Source: a virus
Virus record (IMG/VR): IMGVR_UViG_3300037499_000265
Coordinates: 1-64,000 of that record
Direction: 5' to 3' (one strand)
DNA: 64,000 nucleotides
Shown: positions 45,318 to 53,581 of the stretch, piece after piece
Layout of the letters: every line of letters starts with the position of its first letter
How positions within the stretch are numbered: position 1 is the first letter of the stretch
The notes under the pieces: generated by a model
What the model was told of the DNA's origin: nothing
Seen by the model: the letters and a program-made list of their open reading frames with translations, nothing else
Databases searched by the model: none
Translations under genes and position numbers: made by a program

Positions 45318-45342
45318 CACGATCGTCAGACCCCGATAGTCT
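45314..45342 (+). promoter_or_regulatory. sigma70/HrdB-type promoter of the ncRNA array
   Basis: TTGACA-N17-TAGTCT. Confidence 0.7.
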
Positions 45343-45501
45343 CGTAGGAGTAGGTCGGGTGGGGGTCAAGCCGCTTCGGTCCGGATGACTACAACTCTCC
45401 GGTCGTCGTGGTCCCCGCCCATCCGACGAAGGAGCCGACGAGCTGAAACACACTTGCCAGACCGCCAGCGAGGCGAGAAGGTGGGTAGACAACTCCACAG
45501 C

Positions 45502-45568
45502 GTGGCACAGGAGGTTCCTCCATCATCAAGCTCCGTCAGGGGCTTTCCGCAGATTTACCTCCCGCCAC
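45502..45568 (+). repeat. structured repeat unit 1
   Basis: GTGGCACAGGAGGTTCCTCCA-N33-TACCTCCCGCCAC. Confidence 0.9.
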
Positions 45569-45698
45569 GTCTTCAACAACTTCATAGATGTGCTGCGCCG
45601 GGTAGGCACGGCTGGACGGTTGGCCGGAAAGCTTCAGCGACCTAGTCGCTCGAGGTGAGTAGGTGGGACCCGGTGCAGTGCTTGACAACTGAACAGCG

Positions 45699-45763
45699 GT
45701 GGCACAGGAGGTTCCTCCATCAACGCTCCTCTCGAGGAGCTCGAACAGACTACCTCCCGCCAC
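45699..45763 (+). repeat. structured repeat unit 2
   Basis: GTGGCACAGGAGGTTCCTCCA-N31-TACCTCCCGCCAC. Confidence 0.9.
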
Positions 45764-45781
45764 CTCTGACAACTTCATAAT

Positions 45782-45837
45782 GTGGCATAGGGGGTTCCTC
45801 CACAAACCACCATGTAGGTATCCATACCTCCCGCCAC
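45782..45837 (+). repeat. structured repeat unit 3
   Basis: GTGGCATAGGGGGTTCCTCCA-N22-TACCTCCCGCCAC. Confidence 0.9.
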
Positions 45838-45854
45838 ACTGACAACTTCATAAC

Positions 45855-45910
45855 GTGGCACAGGGAGTTCCTCCACATCCGCATTTGGTTGCATATATAC
45901 TCCCCGCCAC
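45855..45910 (+). repeat. structured repeat unit 4
   Basis: GTGGCACAGGGAGTTCCTCCA-N22-TACTCCCCGCCAC. Confidence 0.9.
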
Positions 45911-45920
45911 GCCCGACGAT

Positions 45921-45957
45921 GGGCGCGGTTCTGTGCGACAGACCGCGCCCGTTTTTT
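45921..45957 (+). terminator. intrinsic terminator between RNA array and ORF
   Basis: GGGCGCGGT(T)CTGT-GCG-ACAGACCGCGCCC then GTTTTTT. Confidence 0.85.
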
Positions 45958-45995
45958 ATGTTTGATCATGTTAGACCGACGAGAAGGAGGCAACA

Positions 45996-47876
45996 ATGCG
46001 ATCCACTATCCGACTGTTCAAGGCGCTGCCGGTGTCCGGCACCGCGGGCGGTCTGCCGACAGATCCCGCGTTGGATCGGCTCACCCTGCGCCGTGGGTTC
46101 GTGTTCGACTCTAGTCTCGTCGGCGAGTACCGCAGTGTGGACCGTCTGATCTCCATGGTTGACGAGGTGTACGGCCGGGGCTCGGTCGAGCTGAACACCG
46201 CGTTCCACAAGTCCTTCGCCAAGGTCCGCGACGCCTCGATCCAGCAGCTGGTCTTCGAGCAGATCGTCCACTACTTCACCACCTACGGCGCAGAGCACTT
46301 CGGCGTGTACGACGAGAGTTCAGTCTTCGTTCCCGGTGAGCACCTCGACGCCCCGGAACTGTCCGAAGGCATTCGCGTCGTCGTCATCCGCGGGCTGACC
46401 AAGGCCGAACTCAAGACCGAGCTGCTGACGCTCGTCTCGTCCGGGATCGCCCTGGCCGAGGACACCATCGCCGACGTGCTCGACGTGGCCGCCTTCGTCG
46501 GCCTGGACGAGGCCGATCTGTCCGCCATCACCAACCGAGAGGTCCGGGCCGCGCTGTACGACCATCTCGGCATCATGCCGTCCGACCCGCAGGAGTTCCT
46601 GCGGTTCCTGGTGTACCGGGCGACCGGACAGACCCAGGTGGTCCAGAACGACTCCCTGCTCAACACTCTGCGCTCCCGGGACAACCTCGACCTGGTCCGG
46701 TACTTCCGGACGTATGAGGCTCAGACCGGCCTGCGCCGGCTCGGTGAGATCTTCCTACGGTACCGGCTGGTCTTCCTCGCCATGAAGACCAACACGGTCC
46801 TGCGCACCTACATCAACCGGATCCGTCGGGAGGCCAAGCGGTCCCACAAGCCGATGCCCGAAGACGTCCTGAACTCGGTCACGATGCACCTCAAGCGCGG
46901 CGATCTGGACTCCGGCGCGGTGTCCCAGGCGCTGGCGACCGCCAGTGTGTTCCGCAAGGCCCGGCTGGCCTACGCGCTGCGGTACCGGATGTCCGGAGCC
47001 GACGGGATCGTCTATCGGGTGCGCAACGGGCGCGCGTACGCCACCGACTTCAGCTTCCCGCTCGATATCGACGTCGAGACTGTTTTCGGCGAGGTCATCT
47101 CCTCGATCGCTGGCGACATCACGCCGAAGGTAGACGGGAAGAAGATCTTCATCCCGGCCGGACTGGCCTATGGCCTACCCTCGACCGAGAAGCAGTTCAT
47201 CGGGCACCTGCCGGCGGGGACGTCGGTGACGGTGCCGGACGGGCTAGTCGTCGGCGTGCACTGGGAAGACCAGGGCGATCACCGCATCAACCTCGACCTG
47301 TCGCTGTCCAACATCGCTGAGAAGATCGGATGGGACGGCTACTACCGGAGCAGCGGGGACGACGGAATCTACTTCTCCGGCGACCTCACCTACGCTCCGC
47401 CGCCGAATGGTGCCACCGAGGTGTTCCGCATCGGCGCCAGTGCGTACGGAACGTGGCTGCTGAACCTGAACTACTTCAACTACAACGAGGACATCGACGT
47501 CCCGTTCCGGATCCTGGCCGGACACGCCTCAGCCGTGGAGAAGAACCACGTCGTCGACCCGAACGCCCTCGTCGCGAACGCTCACGCGAGGATGGACGTG
47601 CACCAGCGGACACTCGGGATCGTCGTGTCGGGCTTCACCGAGCGACAGTTCTTCTTCGCCGGCGCCGACATCGGAGGTGGGATCACGTCCCGGCACACCC
47701 AGCGTGCCGACGTGGCGATGAAGTACTTCGAGACCTACTACGTCAACGCGATCCCACTGAACGACATCCTGGTCTCCGCCGGCGCCGAGCTGGTCGTTGA
47801 CGCTGCTGACTCGGACCTGGATCTGTCGCCGGAGGCCGTGGACAAGAACACGTTCCTCGAGCTGCTGACGACGTGA
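45996..47876 (+). CDS. 626-aa protein: long alpha-helical (ROT/TROVE-like) region plus C-terminal TerD-like domain
   Basis: AGAAGGAGG RBS; NTAFHKSF...EQIVHYFTTYG; GVHW...INLDLS...IGW...FSGDLTYAPPPNGATE; family assignment from memory. Confidence 0.7.
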   Translation: MRSTIRLFKALPVSGTAGGLPTDPALDRLTLRRGFVFDSSLVGEYRSVDRLISMVDEVYGRGSVELNTAFHKSFAKVRDASIQQLVFEQIVHYFTTYGAEHFGVYDESSVFVPGEHLDAPELSEGIRVVVIRGLTKAELKTELLTLVSSGIALAEDTIADVLDVAAFVGLDEADLSAITNREVRAALYDHLGIMPSDPQEFLRFLVYRATGQTQVVQNDSLLNTLRSRDNLDLVRYFRTYEAQTGLRRLGEIFLRYRLVFLAMKTNTVLRTYINRIRREAKRSHKPMPEDVLNSVTMHLKRGDLDSGAVSQALATASVFRKARLAYALRYRMSGADGIVYRVRNGRAYATDFSFPLDIDVETVFGEVISSIAGDITPKVDGKKIFIPAGLAYGLPSTEKQFIGHLPAGTSVTVPDGLVVGVHWEDQGDHRINLDLSLSNIAEKIGWDGYYRSSGDDGIYFSGDLTYAPPPNGATEVFRIGASAYGTWLLNLNYFNYNEDIDVPFRILAGHASAVEKNHVVDPNALVANAHARMDVHQRTLGIVVSGFTERQFFFAGADIGGGITSRHTQRADVAMKYFETYYVNAIPLNDILVSAGAELVVDAADSDLDLSPEAVDKNTFLELLTT

Positions 47877-48493
47877 GTCTTCCCCAGCCCCACGAGGGGA
47901 TCCGGGGGGTCGAGCGAGATGAAGCACTTCTCTCGCTCGACCCCTCGATGATCGGCGTCCGTGAGCTGGTCCGGATCCTCGCCATGCACGTGTACAGCGC
48001 GACACTGGTCGGCTACCCGGCCCCAAAGGTTCAACGCATGAACGACTGGATGCGCAACCCCCGGATAGGCGACCTCGTCGTCGAGGAGTCCACGTCCTAC
48101 TACCCGGTCGAACGCAAGCGGGACCGCTTCCCAGAACAGTGGCCGTTCACCCGGATGGGCTATCTGATCACCGTCCGGGAGGAGTGGGAACAGACCGACG
48201 AGCAGTGGCAGTCCGAACTCGCCGAACAACGCGAGTGGAACGCCAAGCACGGCTTCGACGGTCTCGACGAGGAACGCATGATCGAACCGAGAGCCTGGTA
48301 CATCCAATACGGACCGGACCCCGCCGACGTCGCCCGCTGGGAGGACTGCTCATTCATCGCCGTGCCCACCGAGATCCGCCAGTTCGACACTCTGACCGCC
48401 GCGGAGGACGGTCAGGTGACCATCACCCGGCAGAGCCTGGTCGACAACCTTGCCGACACAGGCTTCACGCTACGAAAAGACAACAGGAGTTGA
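47873..48493 (+). CDS. hypothetical protein
   Basis: GTGA overlap; typical codon usage. Confidence 0.7.
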   Translation: MSLPQPHEGIRGVERDEALLSLDPSMIGVRELVRILAMHVYSATLVGYPAPKVQRMNDWMRNPRIGDLVVEESTSYYPVERKRDRFPEQWPFTRMGYLITVREEWEQTDEQWQSELAEQREWNAKHGFDGLDEERMIEPRAWYIQYGPDPADVARWEDCSFIAVPTEIRQFDTLTAAEDGQVTITRQSLVDNLADTGFTLRKDNRS

Positions 48494-48498
48494 TCGTT

Positions 48499-48744
48499 AT
48501 GCCCGCACCGCACATGCCACCCGGCGAGTACACCCAGAAGGCCATCTACTGGGGCGAGAACCCTGATCAGAGCCCGTGGGACCGTGGGGAGCAGAGTGTT
48601 CACATGTTCCACGAACTGACAGGCGACGACCCGCGTCAGCAGGAGCGCCGGATAGTCAGCAGTGTCGCTGTGGATGGCGTCACGTCACGAGTCTTCCGCC
48701 GGAAGGTCACCGTTGGGCCGTGGGAGGAAGTACCTCAGGCGTGA
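48499..48744 (+). CDS. hypothetical protein
   Basis: AGGAG RBS; RRKVTVGPWEEV. Confidence 0.6.
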   Translation: MPAPHMPPGEYTQKAIYWGENPDQSPWDRGEQSVHMFHELTGDDPRQQERRIVSSVAVDGVTSRVFRRKVTVGPWEEVPQA

Positions 48745-48995
48745 CCGTGTACGGACCTGGCATGCACCCCAACTGGATCTACAACTTGATCACCGCGATC
48801 GAGGAGTGGGAGGACATCCACTCTGGCGCTCACGACGAGTCGGTAGACCAAAGGATGGCCGCCTGCTTTGATGCCGAACTGAACAAGATCCCGCAGGAGG
48901 TTCGCAGGACGGCTCGGGCCATCGCCGAGTATCGTCGCAACCAATACAGAGAGGGCTCCAATGGCCAAGCTGCACGCGGTTTCGATAGCGGTTGA
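48741..48995 (+). CDS. hypothetical protein
   Basis: GTGA overlap. Confidence 0.55.
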   Translation: MTVYGPGMHPNWIYNLITAIEEWEDIHSGAHDESVDQRMAACFDAELNKIPQEVRRTARAIAEYRRNQYREGSNGQAARGFDSG

Positions 48996-49200
48996 CTGCC
49001 TGGTCCCGGGGTGCGGCCAGGTGTTGCTGGATGTCCCGATACTGGACGAACTCGTTCGTAACGACAAAGGTGAAGTCGAGATCCGCCTCGAGCCAGACAT
49101 CAAGGCCGCTCTCGCCCAGTACCGGGCTCACCTGGCCGAGGTACACCCCGACGTGCCGGTCGACGACGACGCCTTCCCAGATGACGTCGGTAGCGACTAG
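48961..49200 (+). CDS. hypothetical protein
   Basis: GAGAGGG RBS; CLVPGC. Confidence 0.55.
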   Translation: MAKLHAVSIAVDCLVPGCGQVLLDVPILDELVRNDKGEVEIRLEPDIKAALAQYRAHLAEVHPDVPVDDDAFPDDVGSD

Positions 49201-49233
49201 GGACTAAGGTAGCGGCGGTAGCGCCCCGCGGAC

Positions 49234-49278
49234 GAGAAGACCCCGGTGGCTCGCGGGGGGAGCCACCGGGGTCTTCTC
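49234..49278. terminator. 19-bp perfect inverted repeat between convergent blocks
   Basis: GAGAAGACCCCGGTGGCTC / GAGCCACCGGGGTCTTCTC. Confidence 0.8.
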
Positions 49279-49290
49279 ACGGAAAGAGAC

Positions 49291-49677
49291 TCACTCCACG
49301 CTGGACGACGACACCGAACCGCCATTGATAGCGGGCAACTTGGTCTCTGGAGTGACGACTTGGCGCAGTAGAAGTCCGATGACCGACACCCCGGTATAGA
49401 CGCCGGCCACCTGCGTGTCGGAGAACTCGAGTCCGAACTCGACAAGAAGGACCACCACGGCCTGGACCAGTCCCATGATCACCGCGTAGTTGAACGGTCG
49501 GACCGTGATGGCTAGGAACAGTGCGGACAGCCCAGCCACAACGGCGAGTACCGCGCCGGTCTGGGCTTCGGAGAAGGCGACCAGGTCGAAGGCGACGGCC
49601 AGTCCGAGCAGAGCCCCAACGGACTGTGTCAGGATGGTCGGCTCTCGCTTGAGCCAGTTGATGAAACGATCCCACAT
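49291..49677 (-). CDS. holin-like membrane protein
   Basis: 4 hydrophobic segments; REPT...RQVVTP; lysis-cassette position. Confidence 0.75.
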   Translation of the reverse strand: MWDRFINWLKREPTILTQSVGALLGLAVAFDLVAFSEAQTGAVLAVVAGLSALFLAITVRPFNYAVIMGLVQAVVVLLVEFGLEFSDTQVAGVYTGVSVIGLLLRQVVTPETKLPAINGGSVSSSSVE

Positions 49678-49758
49678 GAGTCTCTCCTCGATTCGACAAA
49701 GAACGTCATGACGGTCCTGATACTAGCGACACTCATTCAATCTGTCGCTTACGACTGT

Positions 49759-50454
49759 TCACGACGCCTCGCTTTCAAGCGGTGCCGGACATACCAGGTA
49801 CGTCCCAGCCTCTAGACCGATCAATGTTGCTTGTGGCTCGGTCAAGGTCCACCTGACTGGGGGCGAGTCGTCAGGGCACGTCGGCCCAGGTGCTCCATTC
49901 TCGCCATCTTGACCATCATCACCGTCTTCACCAGCTGGTCCGGCCGGTCCAGTCTCGCCTTGTGGCCCAGCAGGACCAGTGATGGATTCACCGGCCGGGC
50001 CTGGCTCACCTTGTTCACCTTGCGCGCCAGTGATCGCTTCACCCAACGGTCCGGGTATGCCTTGTGGGCCAGTCTCGCCGGGTTCGCCAGCCGGTCCGGG
50101 TGGTCCTATCGGGCCAACAGGTCCCAGTGGTCCAATAGGTCCGCGTGGGCCTGGCTCACCCTGGTCGCCCTGCAGTACGACGACTTCACCGACGTCATCG
50201 GCTTGATCTTCGGGCTCCGGAACCTCGGGCTCCTGACCCAGTCCTTCGAGCTGGTTTCGGAGTGTCCGAACGTCTTCAGCGAGCAGTTCTCGTTCTGCTA
50301 CACTCTGGGCCGATCGCTCTGAAGCACGATCAGCTCTGCCAGACAGGTAGAGAAAGCTGACCAGATACAGGATGGCCAGTAGGACGATGGCGCTGCCGAC
50401 GATGATCTGAGGCAGCCATGGCCGCCAACGCGGCTCCTGAGCGTGCAGGGACAT
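49759..50454 (-). CDS. membrane-anchored collagen-like protein of the lysis cassette
   Basis: N-terminal TM, coiled coil, ~25 Gly-X-Y triplets, C-terminal Cys pair. Confidence 0.8.
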   Translation of the reverse strand: MSLHAQEPRWRPWLPQIIVGSAIVLLAILYLVSFLYLSGRADRASERSAQSVAERELLAEDVRTLRNQLEGLGQEPEVPEPEDQADDVGEVVVLQGDQGEPGPRGPIGPLGPVGPIGPPGPAGEPGETGPQGIPGPLGEAITGAQGEQGEPGPAGESITGPAGPQGETGPAGPAGEDGDDGQDGENGAPGPTCPDDSPPVRWTLTEPQATLIGLEAGTYLVCPAPLESEAS

Positions 50455-50865
50455 CTACCCACCCCTGACTAAGGTGATGACCAGTCCAACGATAGCGATG
50501 ACCGCCAGGATGCCGGGAATGAGCACGGCAGTGATCACCCAGCGCTGGCTGTCTTTCAGTTCTTTGATCGAAGCAGTGAGGTCCTTCGACATGTCTTTGA
50601 TCTCGGACTTGGAAGCCGTGCGGTTGGCGCTGACGGTTGCACTCAGGTCCGTGATGTCCTTTTCGATCTCTCGTTTGACATCGCCGAGATCTTTGGAGAA
50701 TCGAGCTAGTTGCTCGTCCATCCGGCGCTCGGACGCGGCATGGACCTGTGCGGGGACGAAGCTGTCCAGACGCTTGTTCATCTCACCGAACTGGCTGGAC
50801 ACCTGCTGGGAGAGAGACCGGATGAGGCGGCCCAACTCGCCTAGGCTCTCCGGCTCGTCCGCCAT
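50455..50865 (-). CDS. coiled-coil protein with C-terminal TM (lysis cassette)
   Basis: ATG 50865 after GAGGGG; WVITAVLIPGILAVIAIVGLV. Confidence 0.7.
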   Translation of the reverse strand: MADEPESLGELGRLIRSLSQQVSSQFGEMNKRLDSFVPAQVHAASERRMDEQLARFSKDLGDVKREIEKDITDLSATVSANRTASKSEIKDMSKDLTASIKELKDSQRWVITAVLIPGILAVIAIVGLVITLVRGG

Positions 50866-50969
50866 ACCGTCCCCTCTCGTCACCCGGTCACTAAGAGCAT
50901 GATCCCGTGTAACGACACGACAAAACAACTCAGAACGCAGTGTTGGGTACCCGCGAACGGTCAGTGCCG

Positions 50970-51140
50970 TCATAGCGACGACGATAGCCGTTGCCGCTGG
51001 GGTGAAGGAACCCCCTCACTGAAACGAGACCCTGCGAGATGTACTCGATGCCACAGCATTGCAAACACACGGATCGCGATCCCCGCCAAAGCGAATGCCA
51101 ACAAATCCAAGATCTCACCGGAGACGGCAAGCAGGCTCAC
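50970..51140 (-). CDS. small membrane protein (56 aa, not in ORF track)
   Basis: GTG just after lysin stop; LLAFALAGIAIRVFAML. Confidence 0.4.
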   Translation of the reverse strand: MSLLAVSGEILDLLAFALAGIAIRVFAMLWHRVHLAGSRFSEGVPSPQRQRLSSSL

Positions 51141-51143
51141 TTC

Positions 51144-52316
51144 TCAGCTCTCGCCAACGCCTTCGCGGAGCACCTCGCGGAACGCCTCCGCTATCGACTC
51201 CTTGTCCGCCGGCACACCCTCGGCCTGAACCCGTTCAAGAAATCGGTCGGCTACCTGATCGCCAAACTCGGCGCCCTCGGCTCGAACGGCAGCCGCGACT
51301 GCTGTTGTGATCTCAGCGACCTGCTCGGTACTTATCCCGTCAACTTTGGCGATGGCCTGCACGATGGCGAGCATCTGGCGGATGATCGTGCCGTACTGCA
51401 GATTCAGGGTCGGGTTGACCCGATTCCAGGTGTCCTGGGCCTGTCGTTGTCGACCGATCGGTGACGCCGCCGTCGCAGCGTAAGCGGCAAGATAGAACGG
51501 CGATGTGTTCCACGACGTAGTACCGTCCGCCTTCTTGGGCAAGGTGTCCTCGACCAGCCCGCTCACCGACAACTGATTCTTGAACTCCTCGCGGAATACC
51601 TTCCTGAGCATCGCTTCATCGGCCATGTCAAACCAACTCTCTTGTGGTGGTAACGGTGTCGGTCCAAGACCTTTGTCGATGTAGTGATGGATCTTGGTGT
51701 GGAGTAGGCCCATCTTGGCCCACATCTGGTTCGCCGGACAGCTCTTCGCGCTGACGCAACGATGACCGTGCAGGTTGTGCGCTGCGGCGAGTGTGATGAA
51801 CCCGGCCCGGTAGTCGGTGACGATCGCCCTGGCCATCAGGTCGACCATCGCGTCCGGCACGGAGTGGCCGACGTTCTGGCAGATCACGTACGACCGGGCG
51901 TTGTAGTTGAGGTTCCAGTTCCGATTCGGCGCGGTGATGGACGTGCCGCGACCGGGGCAGCCGGTGGTCGAACAGTCCGAACGCTTGAAGTCGTTCACCG
52001 TGTGCGCGCCGCGGCGCCCGATGGGCTGACCCTCTCGAACCACGGTGGATCCGGCCATGAACAACCGGTTGTAGCTGATACCGGTGTTCGGGAACCGGCT
52101 GATTCCGATGGCCTCGACGGCTTGAGCGTGCCGGTCGTAGCTCGAGTAGTTGCTCGGGTTGGTGATGGTGATGTGGATGAAGATCCGAGTGGCCGGCTCA
52201 TCTACCGGATTGGAATCGGTGTAGCTACGCTTCGCGCCCCACTCGTTCCGGGTCCGCATCGTCGGATGGCCAGAGACCGCGTTCCACTTGGTGCGCTCCT
52301 GCGCGATGGTGGTCAC
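51144..52316 (-). CDS. endolysin, N-acetylmuramoyl-L-alanine amidase (Amidase_2)
   Basis: RNEWGA...IFIHIT...ISYN...GAHT...HGHRCVSAKSCPA. Confidence 0.85.
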   Translation of the reverse strand: MTTIAQERTKWNAVSGHPTMRTRNEWGAKRSYTDSNPVDEPATRIFIHITITNPSNYSSYDRHAQAVEAIGISRFPNTGISYNRLFMAGSTVVREGQPIGRRGAHTVNDFKRSDCSTTGCPGRGTSITAPNRNWNLNYNARSYVICQNVGHSVPDAMVDLMARAIVTDYRAGFITLAAAHNLHGHRCVSAKSCPANQMWAKMGLLHTKIHHYIDKGLGPTPLPPQESWFDMADEAMLRKVFREEFKNQLSVSGLVEDTLPKKADGTTSWNTSPFYLAAYAATAASPIGRQRQAQDTWNRVNPTLNLQYGTIIRQMLAIVQAIAKVDGISTEQVAEITTAVAAAVRAEGAEFGDQVADRFLERVQAEGVPADKESIAEAFREVLREGVGES

Positions 52317-52546
52317 AGCTTCCGCCACTCTCCGGGCGCGTCCTCGACCCAGCCGGACACCGACTCGACGTGGCCTTCCATAGTCAGCTGGTTGAACTCT
52401 GCCACGACAAGGTCGCCTTCTGGGTGACCGTAGGGGCGAAGCACGGCGAGCGGAGCCTCATTCTCATGTCCCGGGGAGATGTCGACAACGACTCGTCGTT
52501 CTCCCTGGCAGGTCACGATGTCACCAGGTACCGGATCCTTCGGCAT
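52313..52546 (-). CDS. hypothetical protein
   Basis: GTGA overlap with lysin. Confidence 0.55.
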   Translation of the reverse strand: MPKDPVPGDIVTCQGERRVVVDISPGHENEAPLAVLRPYGHPEGDLVVAEFNQLTMEGHVESVSGWVEDAPGEWRKL

Positions 52547-52582
52547 AGCCCGATAGTATCCGGACCCGCAGGCGATGGCTAC

Positions 52583-52828
52583 TCAGACGGTTTGGGTATG
52601 ACTGGGCCGATCTCCAGATGCGTCCCTGACCCAGACCTTGACTGTCCGACCCTGGGACGGAAAGTAAGCCACGATCGTCCGGACCGGCCTCTTCCCGGTG
52701 CGGTTGATGTCCCGGAAGGCAGGCTTCCACGTCGACGGCCTGGCCTGGTCGGTGATGCCGAGATAGATCGTGCTCAGGTTGGCCGAGTCGTGCTGGTACG
52801 GGACCTCGACTTTGATGGTGGCCATCAC
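52583..52828 (-). CDS. small tail-region protein
   Basis: GGGGAGG RBS. Confidence 0.65.
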   Translation of the reverse strand: MMATIKVEVPYQHDSANLSTIYLGITDQARPSTWKPAFRDINRTGKRPVRTIVAYFPSQGRTVKVWVRDASGDRPSHTQTV

Positions 52829-52930
52829 TGCACCTCCCCGTCGTCACCGTTGGGACGAGTATAGTCATTGAGAAGCCCCCGCGCCCGCAGGCACGGGCCG
52901 GAGGCATGGCCGACTGGTGAAGGAGTCGAC

Positions 52931-53575
52931 ATGGCCCAGCGTACCTGCCTCGTCGAAGGTTGCGATCGCCCGTATCACACGAGACGAGTATGTTTCGCTC
53001 ACTACGTCCAAGCTAGGTCTGAAGGCCGTCTAGCTAGCTTTACCGTCGATTGTTCAATTGACCAGTGCGATCTTCCTCGTCATGCGCAAGGTCTGTGTCG
53101 CTCCCACTACATGAAGGAGTGGCGACTAGGCAACGATCTTTACCGTCCTCTTGCTCCTGTTGAAGATCGGTTCTGGACCTACGTCCATATCATTCATCCG
53201 TTCGGATGCTGGTGGTGGACCGGTGCGACAGCCAACCGAGGTTACAGCTCGTTTCGCTATGAGGGACGAAGCCAGCCTGCTCACCGGGTCGCCTGGAAGC
53301 TCTTGGTCGGACCGATCCCTGATGGGATGGAACTAGACCATCGTTGCCGGAACGTCTTGTGCGTCAACCCTGATCACATGAGGGTGGTAACTCACAAGGT
53401 CAACTCGCTGGCTGGATACGCCCCTCCTGCCATGAATGCTCGGAAGACTCACTGTATCCGTGGCCACGAGTTCACTCCCGAGAACACCGGCAAGACTCGG
53501 AACGGACGTCGCTGCCCGACCTGTCATCGTGAACGCGAGCGTGAACGACAACGACATAAGAGATTGTCCGATTAA
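52931..53575 (+). CDS. HNH homing endonuclease
   Basis: two zinc-finger repeats; CWWWTG...AHRVAW...LDHRCRNVLCVNPDH; AAGGAG RBS; opposite strand. Confidence 0.9.
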   Translation: MAQRTCLVEGCDRPYHTRRVCFAHYVQARSEGRLASFTVDCSIDQCDLPRHAQGLCRSHYMKEWRLGNDLYRPLAPVEDRFWTYVHIIHPFGCWWWTGATANRGYSSFRYEGRSQPAHRVAWKLLVGPIPDGMELDHRCRNVLCVNPDHMRVVTHKVNSLAGYAPPAMNARKTHCIRGHEFTPENTGKTRNGRRCPTCHRERERERQRHKRLSD

Positions 53576-53581
53576 GCTCTT

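Larger units (their letters stand above)
45349..45957 (+). ncRNA. candidate ~600-nt modular structured ncRNA (4 repeat units + 2 larger stem modules)
   Basis: bounded by promoter and terminator; no credible CDS; covarying stems. Confidence 0.75.

Noticed and set aside
45354-45681. tRNA or hammerhead ribozyme in modules A/B
   Set aside because: No TTCRA T-loop or cloverleaf. GAAA is present but the CUGANGA hammerhead core is not.
45488-45910. Classical CRISPR array
   Set aside because: No cas operon. The variable sequence is nested inside paired arms, unit spacing is irregular, and an unrelated module interrupts the array. Kept as a novel RNA array instead.
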